DNA from: Paracoccaceae bacterium
GTDB lineage: Bacteria > Pseudomonadota > Alphaproteobacteria > Rhodobacterales > Rhodobacteraceae
DNA: 64,000 bases
Assembly (NCBI GenBank): GCA_007116575.1
Contig: SKIF01000069.1
Coordinates: forward strand, 1,234-65,233
Reading direction: 5' to 3'
Below the pieces are notes generated by a model that saw only the letters and a program-made list of their open reading frames with translations, did not search any database and was not told where the DNA came from. The stretch's first letter is position 1. The number at the start of each line of letters is the position of its first letter. A program made the translations under genes and the position numbers. Positions 53,170-64,000 of this stretch are shown one piece after another.

Positions 53170-54410
53170 GTCGTGCCCTCCTTCATTGGGGTGAATGCCA
53201 GAAGCGCGATAGCGATGGCCTTGAGCGCCGATGGCAGCGCTGCGTACAGCAGGATCAGGGTGGTGAGTGCGGCAGGCGCATTTTCGGCCCCGGCCTCGAA
53301 TCCAACGAATTGCAGCGCGGGAAAGACCATCAGCGCGGCAAGTGCCAAAGTGGCCTTGGTGACAAAGGCCCAGAGCCCGAAACCCTTGGCCGCGTCCGGG
53401 GTGAGTTCCGCCATGCGCCGCGAGAAGATCGCGGGCAGCAGGGTCAGATCTGCCCCGATCCCCGCCCCGGAGATAACACAGATCAGCGCGAACAGCGCGA
53501 TATCGCCCGGGCCGAGCGTAACGACAAAGGCAAAGCTCGCCGCAGCCAGCCCCATGCCCGCCAGCAGCGCCGTCTTCGCCCCGAAGCGCCGCGCCAGCCG
53601 CGCCCAGAGCGGGGCCGACACGGCAGCCGAGAGAAACAGAAGGATCAGCAACAGCCCCTCCCAGCCATCGGCCAGCAGCACGGATTCGGCATAGAACAGA
53701 AACAGGGTCGAGGTGATGGCCACCGGCGTTGCATTGACCAGCGCGATCAGCAGCAGACGCCGCGCCATCGCATCGCCTAACACCGCGCGCATCGGCAGGC
53801 TGGCCCCGGCGTCGCGCGCGCGACTGAAGCGCGGCCATTCGGCGCGCATCGCCAGCAGCGCAACAGCGGTGATCAGCCCGAACCCCAACGCAAACCCCAG
53901 AAACGGCGCGGGCATCACCGCTTCCAGTGCCACCGGGGCCGCGGCCGCAAGGCAGACGCCCAAGAGCGCGCCAGTCTCGCGCCAGCCCGCCAGCCGGACG
54001 TGCCCACCCTCGCCCATGGCGTCGCCGCGGGCGACGCCGGTTGCGTAGAAACAGATGGTCAGGAACGAATAACAGGAAAACAACAGCACCAGCGCTATGG
54101 CAAACCAAAGGGTCGGCGCAAACAGCGGCGGGACGGCAAAGAGCATCAGCATCGCTGCGGCCATGATCACACCCGCCAGCGCCACGGAAAGCCCCCGCAC
54201 CGGGTTCAGACGTTCGGCCAGCCAGCCCAGCGCCGGGTCTTGCAGGAAATCGAGCCCGCGCAGCACGAACAGCACCGTGCCCAGCGCCGCCAGCGAGACC
54301 GCATATTCGCTGACATAGAAATGCGGCGCGTGGATGTAGATCGGCAAGCCCGCCATGGCAAGCAGGCCACCGAAGAGCGAATACCCCCAGAGGCGCGGCG
54401 CGGCGCTCAT
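53166..54410 (-). CDS. MFS/GPH-type transporter (RSP1089-like)
   Basis: LPIYIHAP, DFLQDP, hydrophobic; in coupled operon. Confidence 0.85.
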   Translation of the reverse strand: MSAAPRLWGYSLFGGLLAMAGLPIYIHAPHFYVSEYAVSLAALGTVLFVLRGLDFLQDPALGWLAERLNPVRGLSVALAGVIMAAAMLMLFAVPPLFAPTLWFAIALVLLFSCYSFLTICFYATGVARGDAMGEGGHVRLAGWRETGALLGVCLAAAAPVALEAVMPAPFLGFALGFGLITAVALLAMRAEWPRFSRARDAGASLPMRAVLGDAMARRLLLIALVNATPVAITSTLFLFYAESVLLADGWEGLLLILLFLSAAVSAPLWARLARRFGAKTALLAGMGLAAASFAFVVTLGPGDIALFALICVISGAGIGADLTLLPAIFSRRMAELTPDAAKGFGLWAFVTKATLALAALMVFPALQFVGFEAGAENAPAALTTLILLYAALPSALKAIAIALLAFTPMKEGTT

Positions 54411-55177
54411 TGGCTGACCTCCTGCACGGGCGGCTCGGGGCGGGCGCGGAAGGCGGCACCGCGCAGCCACAGCCGCAACGCCTGCCAGTGGATCAGCGCC
54501 AGCACCCGGCGCGAGCCCATCCGCCGCACCATCGTCCAGAGGATCGCGCGGTTGGTCAGCGGCTTGCGCGGGCCTGCGAGCGTGGCGATCAGGCCAGAGC
54601 CGGGGGCCTCATCCTCCTGATGATAGCTGATGCGGATGGCGAGCCTCTCGGGGCCGATATCGAAGTGAAACACATAGCGCCCCGTGACCGGCTGGAAGGG
54701 CGAAACATGGAAAATCTTGCTGGCTTCGATCGAGTCTTGCGCTGCGATCACTGACCGGTCAGGCTTGACGCAGAGATAGGAATGCCGGTCGCCATAGGTG
54801 TTGTTGACCTCGGCAATCACCGCGCGCAGACCGCCTCGCGCGTCATGGCACAGCCAGAAACTGACCGGGTTGAACAGATGCCCCAGAACGCGCGGCTGGG
54901 TCAGCAATTGCACCGGGCCGTCGGTCACGCCCTCCAACTGATGCGCCGCCAGCAGCTCGCGCACCCATTCCGCCCCCCTGCCCTGCCCCGGCGCGCCGCC
55001 ATGGTCGCGGTCCGATAGCGAGGCCAGATTGCGCCCGTTGCGCGACAGGAAACGCGGCAGATGCAGTTCGGCCTCGGCATCGAACAGCACATAATCCACA
55101 CCATAGGTAAACCGGTTCGAGACCGGCCCGCGCCGTCCGTGGAAGGTCTGGCCCGCGATATGTTCGATCCCGCTCAT
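54407..55177 (-). CDS. DUF1365 protein (UfaO-like)
   Basis: FNPVSFW, AEVNNTYG, KIFHVSPF, IHWQALRLW. Confidence 0.88.
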   Translation of the reverse strand: MSGIEHIAGQTFHGRRGPVSNRFTYGVDYVLFDAEAELHLPRFLSRNGRNLASLSDRDHGGAPGQGRGAEWVRELLAAHQLEGVTDGPVQLLTQPRVLGHLFNPVSFWLCHDARGGLRAVIAEVNNTYGDRHSYLCVKPDRSVIAAQDSIEASKIFHVSPFQPVTGRYVFHFDIGPERLAIRISYHQEDEAPGSGLIATLAGPRKPLTNRAILWTMVRRMGSRRVLALIHWQALRLWLRGAAFRARPEPPVQEVSQ

Positions 55178-56472
55178 GCCACCGCCAACTTCTCGGCGCG
55201 CGCATCCATCGCGCGGGCGACATCGACCGCGCTGGCAAAGCCGTCCTCGTGGAAACCGTTGCGCATCCAGGCCCCGCAAAACCACGTCCGGTTGGTGCCG
55301 TTGAAACCGCGAATCGCCTCCTGCGCTTGCAAGGCCGCCATATCATAGACGGGGTGCGAAAAGGTGTAAGTGTCGTAGACGCACTCTTCGCGGACCGGGT
55401 GGTTGGCGTTGAGAGTGATGAACATCGGGTCATCCTGCGGAATCGACTGGAGTGAGTTCATCCAGTAGCTCAGCGAGATAAGCTCGCGATCCGCAAGGTC
55501 GCGCTCGCGATAGACCCAGCTCGACCAGCATTTGCGCCGCTTCGGCATGAAATCGGTATCACAATGCAGGATCGCATCATTGGGCTGATACTTCACCGCC
55601 CCCAGCGCAGCCGCCTCGGCCCCGGTCGGATCGGCCAGCAGGCGCAGGGTGATGTTGGAATGGGTGGCGAAGATCACCTCGTCGAAGCTCTCCTCCTCCG
55701 CCCCCGGCGTCTTGATCCAGACCCCGTTCGGCCCGCGCCGCACCGATTGCACCGGACAGTCTGCGCGCAGGTTGACGCCCGCGCGGTTGAGATACGCTTC
55801 GAGACGCGAGACATATTCGACCGAGCCGCCCGCGACCGTATACCACTGATGCTGGCCTTCATAACCCAGTAGCGCGTGATTGCGGAAAAACTCCATCATG
55901 GAATGAGCGGGGAAGTCGAGAATTTTCGAGGTCGGCATGGACCAGATCGCGCCTGAAAACGGCAGAATGTAGCGGTCGCGGAACCAGTCGCCGGTGCCAA
56001 GTGCGGCCAGCAGCCCGCTGATGGTCAGCGCCGGGTCGGCCTGAGCGATGCGCAGACCGTCGCGGTTGAAGCGCATGATATCGCGTATCATGCGCCAGTA
56101 GCGCGGATTTGCCAGATTGGCGCGGGTCGCAAAAATCTCGTCTAGCCCCGAAAGCGAATACTCGAAGCGCCCGCCCTCGAAAGATGCGCCGAAGGACATG
56201 TTCGACTTCGCAACCGGCACGTCGAGTTTCTCGAACAGCGCGGTCAGATGTGGGTAATTGGTGTAGTTGAACACGATAAAGCCGGTATCGACCGGCTGAT
56301 CACCGCGTTTGCCGGCAAGAATGGTGCGTGCATGACCGCCCAGGCGTGGCTCTGCCTCGAACAGCGTCACGCGATGGCGTTGCGACATCAGATAGGCACT
56401 GGCCAAACCGGAGATGCCCCCGCCGATAACAGCGATGCGGCGGGCGGGAGTGTAGTTGAGTTCAAACGGCAT
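55174..56472 (-). CDS. FAD-dependent oxidoreductase (UfaD/RSP1091-like)
   Basis: GGGISG, RLGGHART, VDTGFIVFN, CGAW..NGFHEDG. Confidence 0.88.
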   Translation of the reverse strand: MPFELNYTPARRIAVIGGGISGLASAYLMSQRHRVTLFEAEPRLGGHARTILAGKRGDQPVDTGFIVFNYTNYPHLTALFEKLDVPVAKSNMSFGASFEGGRFEYSLSGLDEIFATRANLANPRYWRMIRDIMRFNRDGLRIAQADPALTISGLLAALGTGDWFRDRYILPFSGAIWSMPTSKILDFPAHSMMEFFRNHALLGYEGQHQWYTVAGGSVEYVSRLEAYLNRAGVNLRADCPVQSVRRGPNGVWIKTPGAEEESFDEVIFATHSNITLRLLADPTGAEAAALGAVKYQPNDAILHCDTDFMPKRRKCWSSWVYRERDLADRELISLSYWMNSLQSIPQDDPMFITLNANHPVREECVYDTYTFSHPVYDMAALQAQEAIRGFNGTNRTWFCGAWMRNGFHEDGFASAVDVARAMDARAEKLAVA

Positions 56473-56508
56473 GCGGCAGTCCTTGATTGTCGCGTTAAGT
56501 TGACAGGG

Positions 56509-56535
56509 TTACGGGCGAAGGCACGGAGCGGATCA
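56509..56535 (-). promoter_or_regulatory. sigmaE promoter of the ufaD-like operon
   Basis: Minus strand TGATCC-N15-CCGTAA. Confidence 0.82.
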
Positions 56536-56583
56536 TTCGACAAATCATGTCAATGAAATACCTCTTTAGCGGATGGAAAACTT

Positions 56584-56610
56584 TGATCCGGGCGCGGCGC
56601 TTGTCCGTAA
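56584..56610 (+). promoter_or_regulatory. sigmaE autoregulatory promoter of rpoE-chrR
   Basis: TGATCC-N15-CCGTAA, same architecture as the divergent one. Confidence 0.82.
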
Positions 56611-56617
56611 CGTTACC

Positions 56618-57268
56618 ATGTTCGATATGTCACCTGCCCCCGGAGCTTCTCGACAACGCAGCGATGCTGCGGCTAGAGTGCGCACGGAGAGTAACAAACC
56701 GGGCATGACCCAGAGGCGCGCAACAGTGACGATCACGGATGGTGTCAAATGGGCAGACCTGCTTGCACGCGTGGCCCATCGGCAGGATACCGATGCCTTC
56801 GCCACGCTGTTCGAGCATTTTGCACCAAGGGTAAAGGCGTTTCTGATCAAATCTGGTGCTGATCCTGCCCTCGCGGAGGAATGCGCGCAGGATGTGATGG
56901 TGACGGTATGGAACAAGGCCGCGCAGTTCGACCCGTCCCGCGCCAGTGTCGCGACCTGGGTGTTCACCATCGCCCGTAACAGGCGCATCGACATGCTGCG
57001 CCGCGACCGCAGGCCAGAGCCCGAAGACCTGCCCTGGGGCCCCGAGCCCGAACCGGACCAGGTGGATGCGCTCGTGCTGCAACAGGAAAGCGAGCGATTG
57101 ATCACGGCGCTGGCCGAGTTGCCGGAAAGACAACGCGTGATGATCGAACGCGCCTATTTCGGCGACCTGACCCATAACGAGATCGCAGAAGAGACCGGAT
57201 TGCCATTGGGCACCATCAAGTCCCGTATCCGACTGGCGCTGGAGAGGCTGCGCCATTCGTTGAGTTGA
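56618..57268 (+). CDS. rpoE: ECF sigma factor sigmaE (ECF11); start uncertain
   Basis: FAPRVK, WVFTIARNRRID, LPLGTIKSRIRLAL; next to chrR. Confidence 0.92.
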   Translation: MFDMSPAPGASRQRSDAAARVRTESNKPGMTQRRATVTITDGVKWADLLARVAHRQDTDAFATLFEHFAPRVKAFLIKSGADPALAEECAQDVMVTVWNKAAQFDPSRASVATWVFTIARNRRIDMLRRDRRPEPEDLPWGPEPEPDQVDALVLQQESERLITALAELPERQRVMIERAYFGDLTHNEIAEETGLPLGTIKSRIRLALERLRHSLS

Positions 57269-57272
57269 GAAA

Positions 57273-57932
57273 GTGAAGACGATGATTACCCACCACCTGA
57301 ATGACCAGTTGCTGATGGCCTATTCGGCGGGCACCCTGCCCGAAGCCTTCAATCTGGTTGTCGCCACGCATATTTCGCTTTGCGACGAATGCCGCGCGCG
57401 CCTGGCGAGCTTCGACGCGGTCGGTGGCGCGCTGATCGAGGATGAAAGACCGACAGTGGAAATGGGAAGCGATGCGCTGAGCACCACGATGGCGCGGATC
57501 AAGGCCGGCGGAATGCAGGCGCGGGACGACAGGCCCCCCAGAACCCGCGACCCTGTGCTACCGGCCCCATTGCGCGCCTATGTAGGCGGTGGTGTGGATA
57601 GCATCAACTGGCGTCCGGTGGGCGGCGGTGTGAAACAGGCGATCCTGCCGACCTCTGAACATGCCAGTGCGCGATTGCTCTTTATCCCGGCAGGCGCAGC
57701 GGTGCCTGACCACGGCCATAGCGGGCTTGAACTCACGCTTGTGCTGCAAGGGGCTTTCGCCGATTCCGAGGACCGGTTCGCGCGCGGCGATATCGAGATC
57801 GCCGATGAGGATCTGCATCACCAGCCGATTGCGGAACCGGGGCTGGACTGCATCTGCCTGGCCGCGACCGATGCACCACTGAAATTCCGTGGCCTGCTGC
57901 CGCGACTGGCACAGCCCTTCCTGCAGATTTGA
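57273..57932 (+). CDS. chrR: anti-sigmaE factor ChrR (ZAS plus cupin)
   Basis: HH, HISLCDEC, VPDHGHSGLELTLVLQG. Confidence 0.95.
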   Translation: MKTMITHHLNDQLLMAYSAGTLPEAFNLVVATHISLCDECRARLASFDAVGGALIEDERPTVEMGSDALSTTMARIKAGGMQARDDRPPRTRDPVLPAPLRAYVGGGVDSINWRPVGGGVKQAILPTSEHASARLLFIPAGAAVPDHGHSGLELTLVLQGAFADSEDRFARGDIEIADEDLHHQPIAEPGLDCICLAATDAPLKFRGLLPRLAQPFLQI

Positions 57933-58001
57933 TCCAGGTCAAGGCGGGGTTTCGCGGGATCGGCCAGATCGGGCTGATCACATGCGAATATGAGGATACC
58001 C

Positions 58002-58340
58002 ATGGATTACCCTGCCTTCATCGCGGCCACGCGAAACCAGTCGCGCACGCTTGCCAAGACCATCCCCGACACGATGAAGGGCTTTGCTGGCCTCTCGCGC
58101 GCCGTCAAGGAAGGCGGCGTTCTGGGCGTCAAGGAAAAGGAATTCGTCGCGCTGGGTATCGCTGTCGGCCTGCGCTGCGAGCCCTGCATCGCGTTCCATG
58201 TCGAGGCGCTGCTCAAGGCAGGGGCCACGCGCGAGGAATTGGGGGATGTTCTGGCCATGGCGATCCAGATGGGCGGCGGCCCTTCTGTGATGTATGCCGG
58301 CAAGGCGCTGGATTGCTGGGATCAACTGGCGGTGGCTTGA
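58002..58340 (+). CDS. carboxymuconolactone decarboxylase/AhpD-like protein
   Basis: KEFVALGI, RCEPCIAFH, MGGGP. Confidence 0.88.
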   Translation: MDYPAFIAATRNQSRTLAKTIPDTMKGFAGLSRAVKEGGVLGVKEKEFVALGIAVGLRCEPCIAFHVEALLKAGATREELGDVLAMAIQMGGGPSVMYAGKALDCWDQLAVA

Positions 58341-58475
58341 GACAGGGCCTTGCGTGGCCCCGGCCCGTTCCGGGCCGGGGTCTGGCAGATAGCGACCGGC
58401 GCGCCCACGCGGCAACTGGCGCATTGAGTCTTTCCGGCACAATGAAACAGGGCGGCAGACCGCCCCGCGCGCGGT

Positions 58476-60050
58476 TCAGTAGCCCAGCGCGCAGCCATCC
58501 TTGCGTGGGTCAGACGCCGCCTCATAGACGCCCGAAGCATGGGTGCGGATCGCCTGCGCCCCGCCCATCGGGGTCTCGGAACGCATGACCTGATGACCAA
58601 GCCGCGCCAGCGCGCGCGCAGTCGCTTCGGGATAAGGGCGTTCAAGCGTCAGGGTACCGCCTTCGGCAAAGGCGCGCGGGGCGTCGATGGCCGATTGCAG
58701 ATCCATCCCGAAATCGATCAGATTGCTGACCAGCCGCGCGTGCCCCACGGGCTGATAGGCCCCGCCCATCACGCCAAAGGGCAGGATAACGCGGCCTTCA
58801 TGGCGCAGCATGGCCGGAATGATCGTATGCAGCGGGCGCTTGCCGCCCTTGAGTTCATTTGGGTGCCCCTCGGCCAGGGTGAAGCCTGCGCCGCGATTCT
58901 GGAACAACAACCCGAAACGGTCCGAGGCCAGCCCCGCGCCGAAACTGTGAAAGATGGAATAGATCAGCGAGACGGCCATGCCGTCGCGGTCGACGACAGT
59001 CAGATAGACCGTGTCGCGGTGGATGGCCTCGGTCAGGGCCGCAGGGTCGGGCAGTACGCGGCCGGGGTCGATCAGCCCGGCCAGCCGCGCGGCGGTGTCG
59101 GGCGAGAGCATATGCGCCAGCCGCCTCACATGGTCGGGGTCGGCGAGGAAGCGGTTGCGCGCGTCATAGGCGAGCTTGGTGGCCTCGGCCTCGAGATGGG
59201 TGCGCTCGGGGCCGAGCGGGTCCATCCCGTCAAGGTCGAAATGCGCCAGGATGTTGAGGATCAGATTTGCCGTGGCCCCTTGCCCGTTGGGCGCATGTTC
59301 GGCCAGCTCATAGCCGTGATAATGGCTCTGCACCGGGTCGCTGTAGTCGGCCCGCGTTGCGGCAAGGTCGTCGCGCGTGTGACACCCGCCCAGCGCGCGC
59401 AAACTGTCGATCAGATCCTGCGCCACTTCGCCCTCATAGAACCCCGCCCGCCCCTCGCGGGCGATCCGGCGCAACACTTCGGCCTGTGCAGGGGCACGGA
59501 AAATCTGGCCCGGACGCGGGGCCTCGCCCGCGATCAGATAAGCGCGTCGCGCAGCCCCCTGCAGATGCGCCGCGCGCGCCCAGTCATAGGCAGTGCGGGG
59601 GGCGACGGGGATGCCCTCTTCGGCGTAGCGGATGGCAGGGGCGAGGATCTCGGCCAAGCCCTTGCAGCCCCAATCGGCGTTGAGACGGCAGAGGCCATCG
59701 ACCGCGCCGGGCAGGGTCACGGCCTCGACCCCGTAAAGCGGCACCTGTGCGTGCCCCTGCGCGCGCAGTTGAGCAGCGTCCAGCCCTGCAGGCGCGCGAC
59801 CCGAGCCGTTGAGTGCCACAATGCGCTCTTCGCCCGCCGGTTTCAGCAACACAAAGCAATCGCCCCCCAGCCCGGTCATCTGCGGCTCACACAGCCCCAA
59901 GAGCACTGCCGCGCCGATGGCCGCATCCGCCGCATTGCCGCCCGCCTGCAACAGATCCACCGCGACCTTGGCCGCCAGCGGGTGCGACGTGGCGCAGATG
60001 CCATTGCTGGCAAAGACTGCCGAACGACCGGGAGATTGGAAATCGCGCAT
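58476..60050 (-). CDS. gamma-glutamyltransferase family protein
   Basis: GGNAADAA, GLGGDCF, DTVY, KRPLHTIIP, SDPRKDG. Confidence 0.93.
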   Translation of the reverse strand: MRDFQSPGRSAVFASNGICATSHPLAAKVAVDLLQAGGNAADAAIGAAVLLGLCEPQMTGLGGDCFVLLKPAGEERIVALNGSGRAPAGLDAAQLRAQGHAQVPLYGVEAVTLPGAVDGLCRLNADWGCKGLAEILAPAIRYAEEGIPVAPRTAYDWARAAHLQGAARRAYLIAGEAPRPGQIFRAPAQAEVLRRIAREGRAGFYEGEVAQDLIDSLRALGGCHTRDDLAATRADYSDPVQSHYHGYELAEHAPNGQGATANLILNILAHFDLDGMDPLGPERTHLEAEATKLAYDARNRFLADPDHVRRLAHMLSPDTAARLAGLIDPGRVLPDPAALTEAIHRDTVYLTVVDRDGMAVSLIYSIFHSFGAGLASDRFGLLFQNRGAGFTLAEGHPNELKGGKRPLHTIIPAMLRHEGRVILPFGVMGGAYQPVGHARLVSNLIDFGMDLQSAIDAPRAFAEGGTLTLERPYPEATARALARLGHQVMRSETPMGGAQAIRTHASGVYEAASDPRKDGCALGY

Positions 60051-60104
60051 TAAGGCCCCCTTCAGAACTGCGTCAACCCTAGTGACTTCGGCCCCGGCGT
60101 CCAG

Positions 60105-60131
60105 AAAAAAACCCCGCCACAAGGGCGGGGT
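60105..60131 (-). terminator. intrinsic terminator after ccrM
   Basis: ACCCCGCC/GGCGGGGT stem followed by a T-run on the minus strand. Confidence 0.8.
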
Positions 60132-60184
60132 AAAGTGGGCATCCCGGCGGGTAACACGGGACACCGGCGGTAACTGTATTGATG

Positions 60185-61372
<1,188 letters not shown>

Positions 61373-61392
61373 AGTAAGTTGAAAAACTTTCT

Positions 61393-62022
61393 TCATGTAG
61401 AATCAGAACTCAAGATATTGCGTACCGGCTTGAAAGAACGCCTATGCTCTGGGGTCAGCCCCAAATCTGCTATGGCATTTTTGTGACATCTGGTCGGATA
61501 GCCGGCATTGGTCTCCCAGCCATAGCCGGGGTAGCGGCGGGCCAGGTTGGCCATGATCCGGTCTCGAGTGACCTTGGCGATGATCGACGCCGCCGCAATC
61601 GAAAGCGACCGCGCGTCGCCCTTGACGATCGCCTGCGCCGGGCATGGCAGGTCAGCAGGCAGACGGTTGCCGTCAATCAGCAGATGGTCGGGGGGCACGC
61701 GCAGCGCCGCGATAGCACGGCGCATGGCGAGGAAACTCGCCTGCAGGATGTTGATCGCATCGATTTCGGCAGGGCTGGCATGACCGATCCCGACATCGGC
61801 ACACGCCATGATCTGCTCAAAAAGGCTCTCCCTCGCCGCAACGCCAAGGCGCTTGGAGTCCTGCAAGCCATCGGGCATCGCGGTGGGGTCGAGCCAGACA
61901 GCCGCAGCGGTTACCGGCCCCGCCAGAGGGCCACGACCGACCTCATCCACCCCGGCGACACGGGTGCCCCCCGCGTCCAGGGCGGTCGTCTCGAATGTGA
62001 AATCGGGGGCGGTCCGGGTCAT
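61393..62022 (-). CDS. rnhB: ribonuclease HII
   Basis: [33 protein letters not shown]. Confidence 0.97.
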   Translation of the reverse strand: MTRTAPDFTFETTALDAGGTRVAGVDEVGRGPLAGPVTAAAVWLDPTAMPDGLQDSKRLGVAARESLFEQIMACADVGIGHASPAEIDAINILQASFLAMRRAIAALRVPPDHLLIDGNRLPADLPCPAQAIVKGDARSLSIAAASIIAKVTRDRIMANLARRYPGYGWETNAGYPTRCHKNAIADLGLTPEHRRSFKPVRNILSSDST

Positions 62023-62147
62023 GCCACCATGTGACCGAAGGAGGGTGGCCGGGGCAAGCCCTGGCCAACCCGTTTCAAGACCCTGACAGGCGCATCCGTA
62101 CCGGCAAGTGCTTCAGCCCTGCTTGCACATGCGCTGGCCCCGGTCAG

Positions 62148-62399
62148 TCAGCACCGGTGATAGAGACCGGTTTTCCGGTTTTCGCAGTACCGTGCGATCA
62201 CCTCGTATTTCGGGGCTTTGGGTTTGGACGCCACCTTGACGATCACACCGGCGGCGACAAGCGCGGCGAGTCCTTTCAGCAAGACCGGATCGGCCGCACG
62301 GGCGGGTGTAGCAGATCCGAAGGACATGACCCCCGCAACGGCACATGCCGAAACAACAGCAACCGTGCGCGAGGCAAGACGCGGAACAAATCCAGACAT
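62148..62399 (-). CDS. small exported hypothetical protein with two C-terminal Cys
   Basis: AGGAG RBS, signal-like N-terminus ending PARA, resembles neighbour N-terminus. Confidence 0.6.
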   Translation of the reverse strand: MSGFVPRLASRTVAVVSACAVAGVMSFGSATPARAADPVLLKGLAALVAAGVIVKVASKPKAPKYEVIARYCENRKTGLYHRC

Positions 62400-62572
62400 T
62401 TCAATCTCCTTGTTGACACTAAAACAGTGCAGCCAAATTATCACGGAATCGCGAAATCAAGAAAAGAAATCGTTAACCTTTTGCCGGGGTGCAGTCTGTG
62501 GCCCTGCAATGTCGGCAGATCCGGCCCTGCCGGGACGGACCTGTTTCTTCCTGTTGGGACGGCGTCGACCCG

Positions 62573-63226
62573 TTAGCGGAAGCTATAGCCATGCTCGCGC
62601 AGACAATGCCCGCTGTAAATCTGCCCGCCCTGACCGCGTACACGGCAGGTCCCCGGCAAGTCGCGTATTTGCAAGTTCTGCAGGCAGCGCGCATCAAATC
62701 CGACATGCTGCCGCCCGCCATAACGATAGCTCACGCGGCAATGGCCGGGCAGGAAGTGCGATCCGCGTCCGCGCTTGCCGTCGCCATAACGCGGGCCGGA
62801 ATGACGTGGAGCGGCATAGTTGCGCTCAAGGCAGCCCGCACGAAAGACACTGCGCGGGCCGTGATTGGTGCGGATTGTCTCGCGGCATTGCTGCGGCAGG
62901 TTGCGCAGCCCCGCATTGCGAAGGCACTGCGCATTATAGACCATCACATGACGCCTATTGATCGACAATGTCTCGCGACAATGCTGCGGCAGCCCGCGTG
63001 GCCGCGCCTGCCCACTCCTTTGCGGCTCGGCCCGCGCATTCGAAGCCCCGTGGACGATGATGGCAATCGCCGTCGCCCCGAGCAGGAATTTCAGCAACGC
63101 ATCATCCGAAGCGCGCGCCGGACTGGTGGAACTCGCGAACGCCGCGAGCGTCACGGAAGCGGCCGCAATCAGGGTGGTCAGCCGCTTGTGCAGGGTTCGG
63201 GTCAGGCTTGGGGTCCTGGCGGGCAT
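62573..63226 (-). CDS. exported hypothetical protein with four LPxxC...CL repeats
   Basis: AAGGAG RBS, signal peptide, Cys-paired repeats. Confidence 0.72.
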   Translation of the reverse strand: MPARTPSLTRTLHKRLTTLIAAASVTLAAFASSTSPARASDDALLKFLLGATAIAIIVHGASNARAEPQRSGQARPRGLPQHCRETLSINRRHVMVYNAQCLRNAGLRNLPQQCRETIRTNHGPRSVFRAGCLERNYAAPRHSGPRYGDGKRGRGSHFLPGHCRVSYRYGGRQHVGFDARCLQNLQIRDLPGTCRVRGQGGQIYSGHCLREHGYSFR

Positions 63227-63377
63227 GGCAGCACTCCTTGAGGTGTCTCTGGCAACATGCGTCAGCCTGTCCCGTGCCGCCAAAGACAGGCAATAGCGCC
63301 GCCCCGCTATCCGATAACACAGGCTCTGACGCGGTCCTGATATTGAATAGCTGCCGCCTCGGTGCCAGTGTCAGGGC

Positions 63378-63668
63378 ATGAAACACATGCTCTCTCTTTT
63401 CGTCCTCACGGTGGGACTGGCGCTTGCGGGGCAAGCCTCGGCCCAGTGCTTTGCGGATTACAAGGCCAAGCAGGACAACCCGCTGCGGCTGCAATACGGC
63501 ATCGTGGAACTGCCGGACCATGCCTGCGGCTCGCGCGCGGCAGCGTCGGACTACGTCCGCCAGGTCGTCGCACGTAGCGGCTGGACGCTTCTGCAAATAG
63601 AGTCCATCTTTGATGTCAGCGAATTTCAGCGCAGGAGTGCCAATGCCGGGGCCATCCATCGCCGCTAG
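63378..63668 (+). CDS. small exported hypothetical protein (CFADYKAKQDNPLRLQYG motif)
   Basis: Signal peptide ending ASA, two Cys. Confidence 0.75.
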   Translation: MKHMLSLFVLTVGLALAGQASAQCFADYKAKQDNPLRLQYGIVELPDHACGSRAAASDYVRQVVARSGWTLLQIESIFDVSEFQRRSANAGAIHRR

Positions 63669-64000
63669 CGATCTGATCCGGCTAGGCAGCCGCGCCGTGG
63701 TCTGGGGGATCGCGGCCATCGTCGGCGTGCTCGTGCTGACGGCTGTGCTGCTGTTTCTGAACCTGCCGGATGCGGGTGCCTTCAACGACCGCGTTGAGCA
63801 GGTCTTTGTCGAGAATGCGGATCTGACCTCGCAGGCCGAAATAAAGCTTCTGGAAATCCTCGCGCAATCGGGCACGGCGTTTTCCGAGACGCTGGTCTCT
63901 TACCGGATCGTAATCTTCGTGCTTCTGGTTTTTGCCACAGGGCTCCTGGTCACCTCGCTGGTGGTGATCGTGCTGCTGGTGACACTGAACCGGCGGCTGG
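63643..64000 (+). CDS. membrane hypothetical protein, 5' part; runs off the window
   Basis: AGGAG RBS; open frame MPGPSIAASDLIRLGS...EIKLLEILAQSGTAF... with two TM segments. Confidence 0.7.
   Translation, partial: MPGPSIAASDLIRLGSRAVVWGIAAIVGVLVLTAVLLFLNLPDAGAFNDRVEQVFVENADLTSQAEIKLLEILAQSGTAFSETLVSYRIVIFVLLVFATGLLVTSLVVIVLLVTLNRRL

Noticed and set aside
62113-62346. Frameshifted extension of the small 62148-62399 protein
   Set aside because: The alternative frame has no supporting features; the called frame ends cleanly after paired Cys

Overview
High-GC alphaproteobacterial chromosome segment, most consistent with Rhodobacteraceae (CcrM, CtrA box, GAAC-N7-GAAC LexA box, sigmaE-ChrR, GTA-type lysis pair). 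It is mostly core genome: peptidoglycan remodelling genes, kpsT/kpsE-like export genes, atm1, gdx/sugE with a guanidine-II riboswitch, uvrA, lpdA, queA, bcp, an M23 peptidase-bactofilin pair, tRNA-Leu(CAA), a DEAD-box helicase, the agl sugar cluster with aglR, a beta-glucosidase and glk, recO, betIBA-choXWV, ctaA, an endolysin-holin pair, an rpoE-chrR locus with a furan-fatty-acid-type operon, ggt, ccrM and rnhB. The standout is a 565-bp non-autonomous IS110 (IS621-like) element at 36421-36985 inserted in the loop of a REP-like palindrome. Its recombinase is internally deleted, but it keeps both ends, a predicted circle-junction promoter and a compact bridge-RNA-like region whose four guide segments match its own target and donor. 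A 72-bp palindromic element has itself inserted into the donor-binding loop, and an apparently empty related palindrome lies at 51415-51468. All calls are by eye from sequence motifs and recalled family knowledge; no searches or folding were run.
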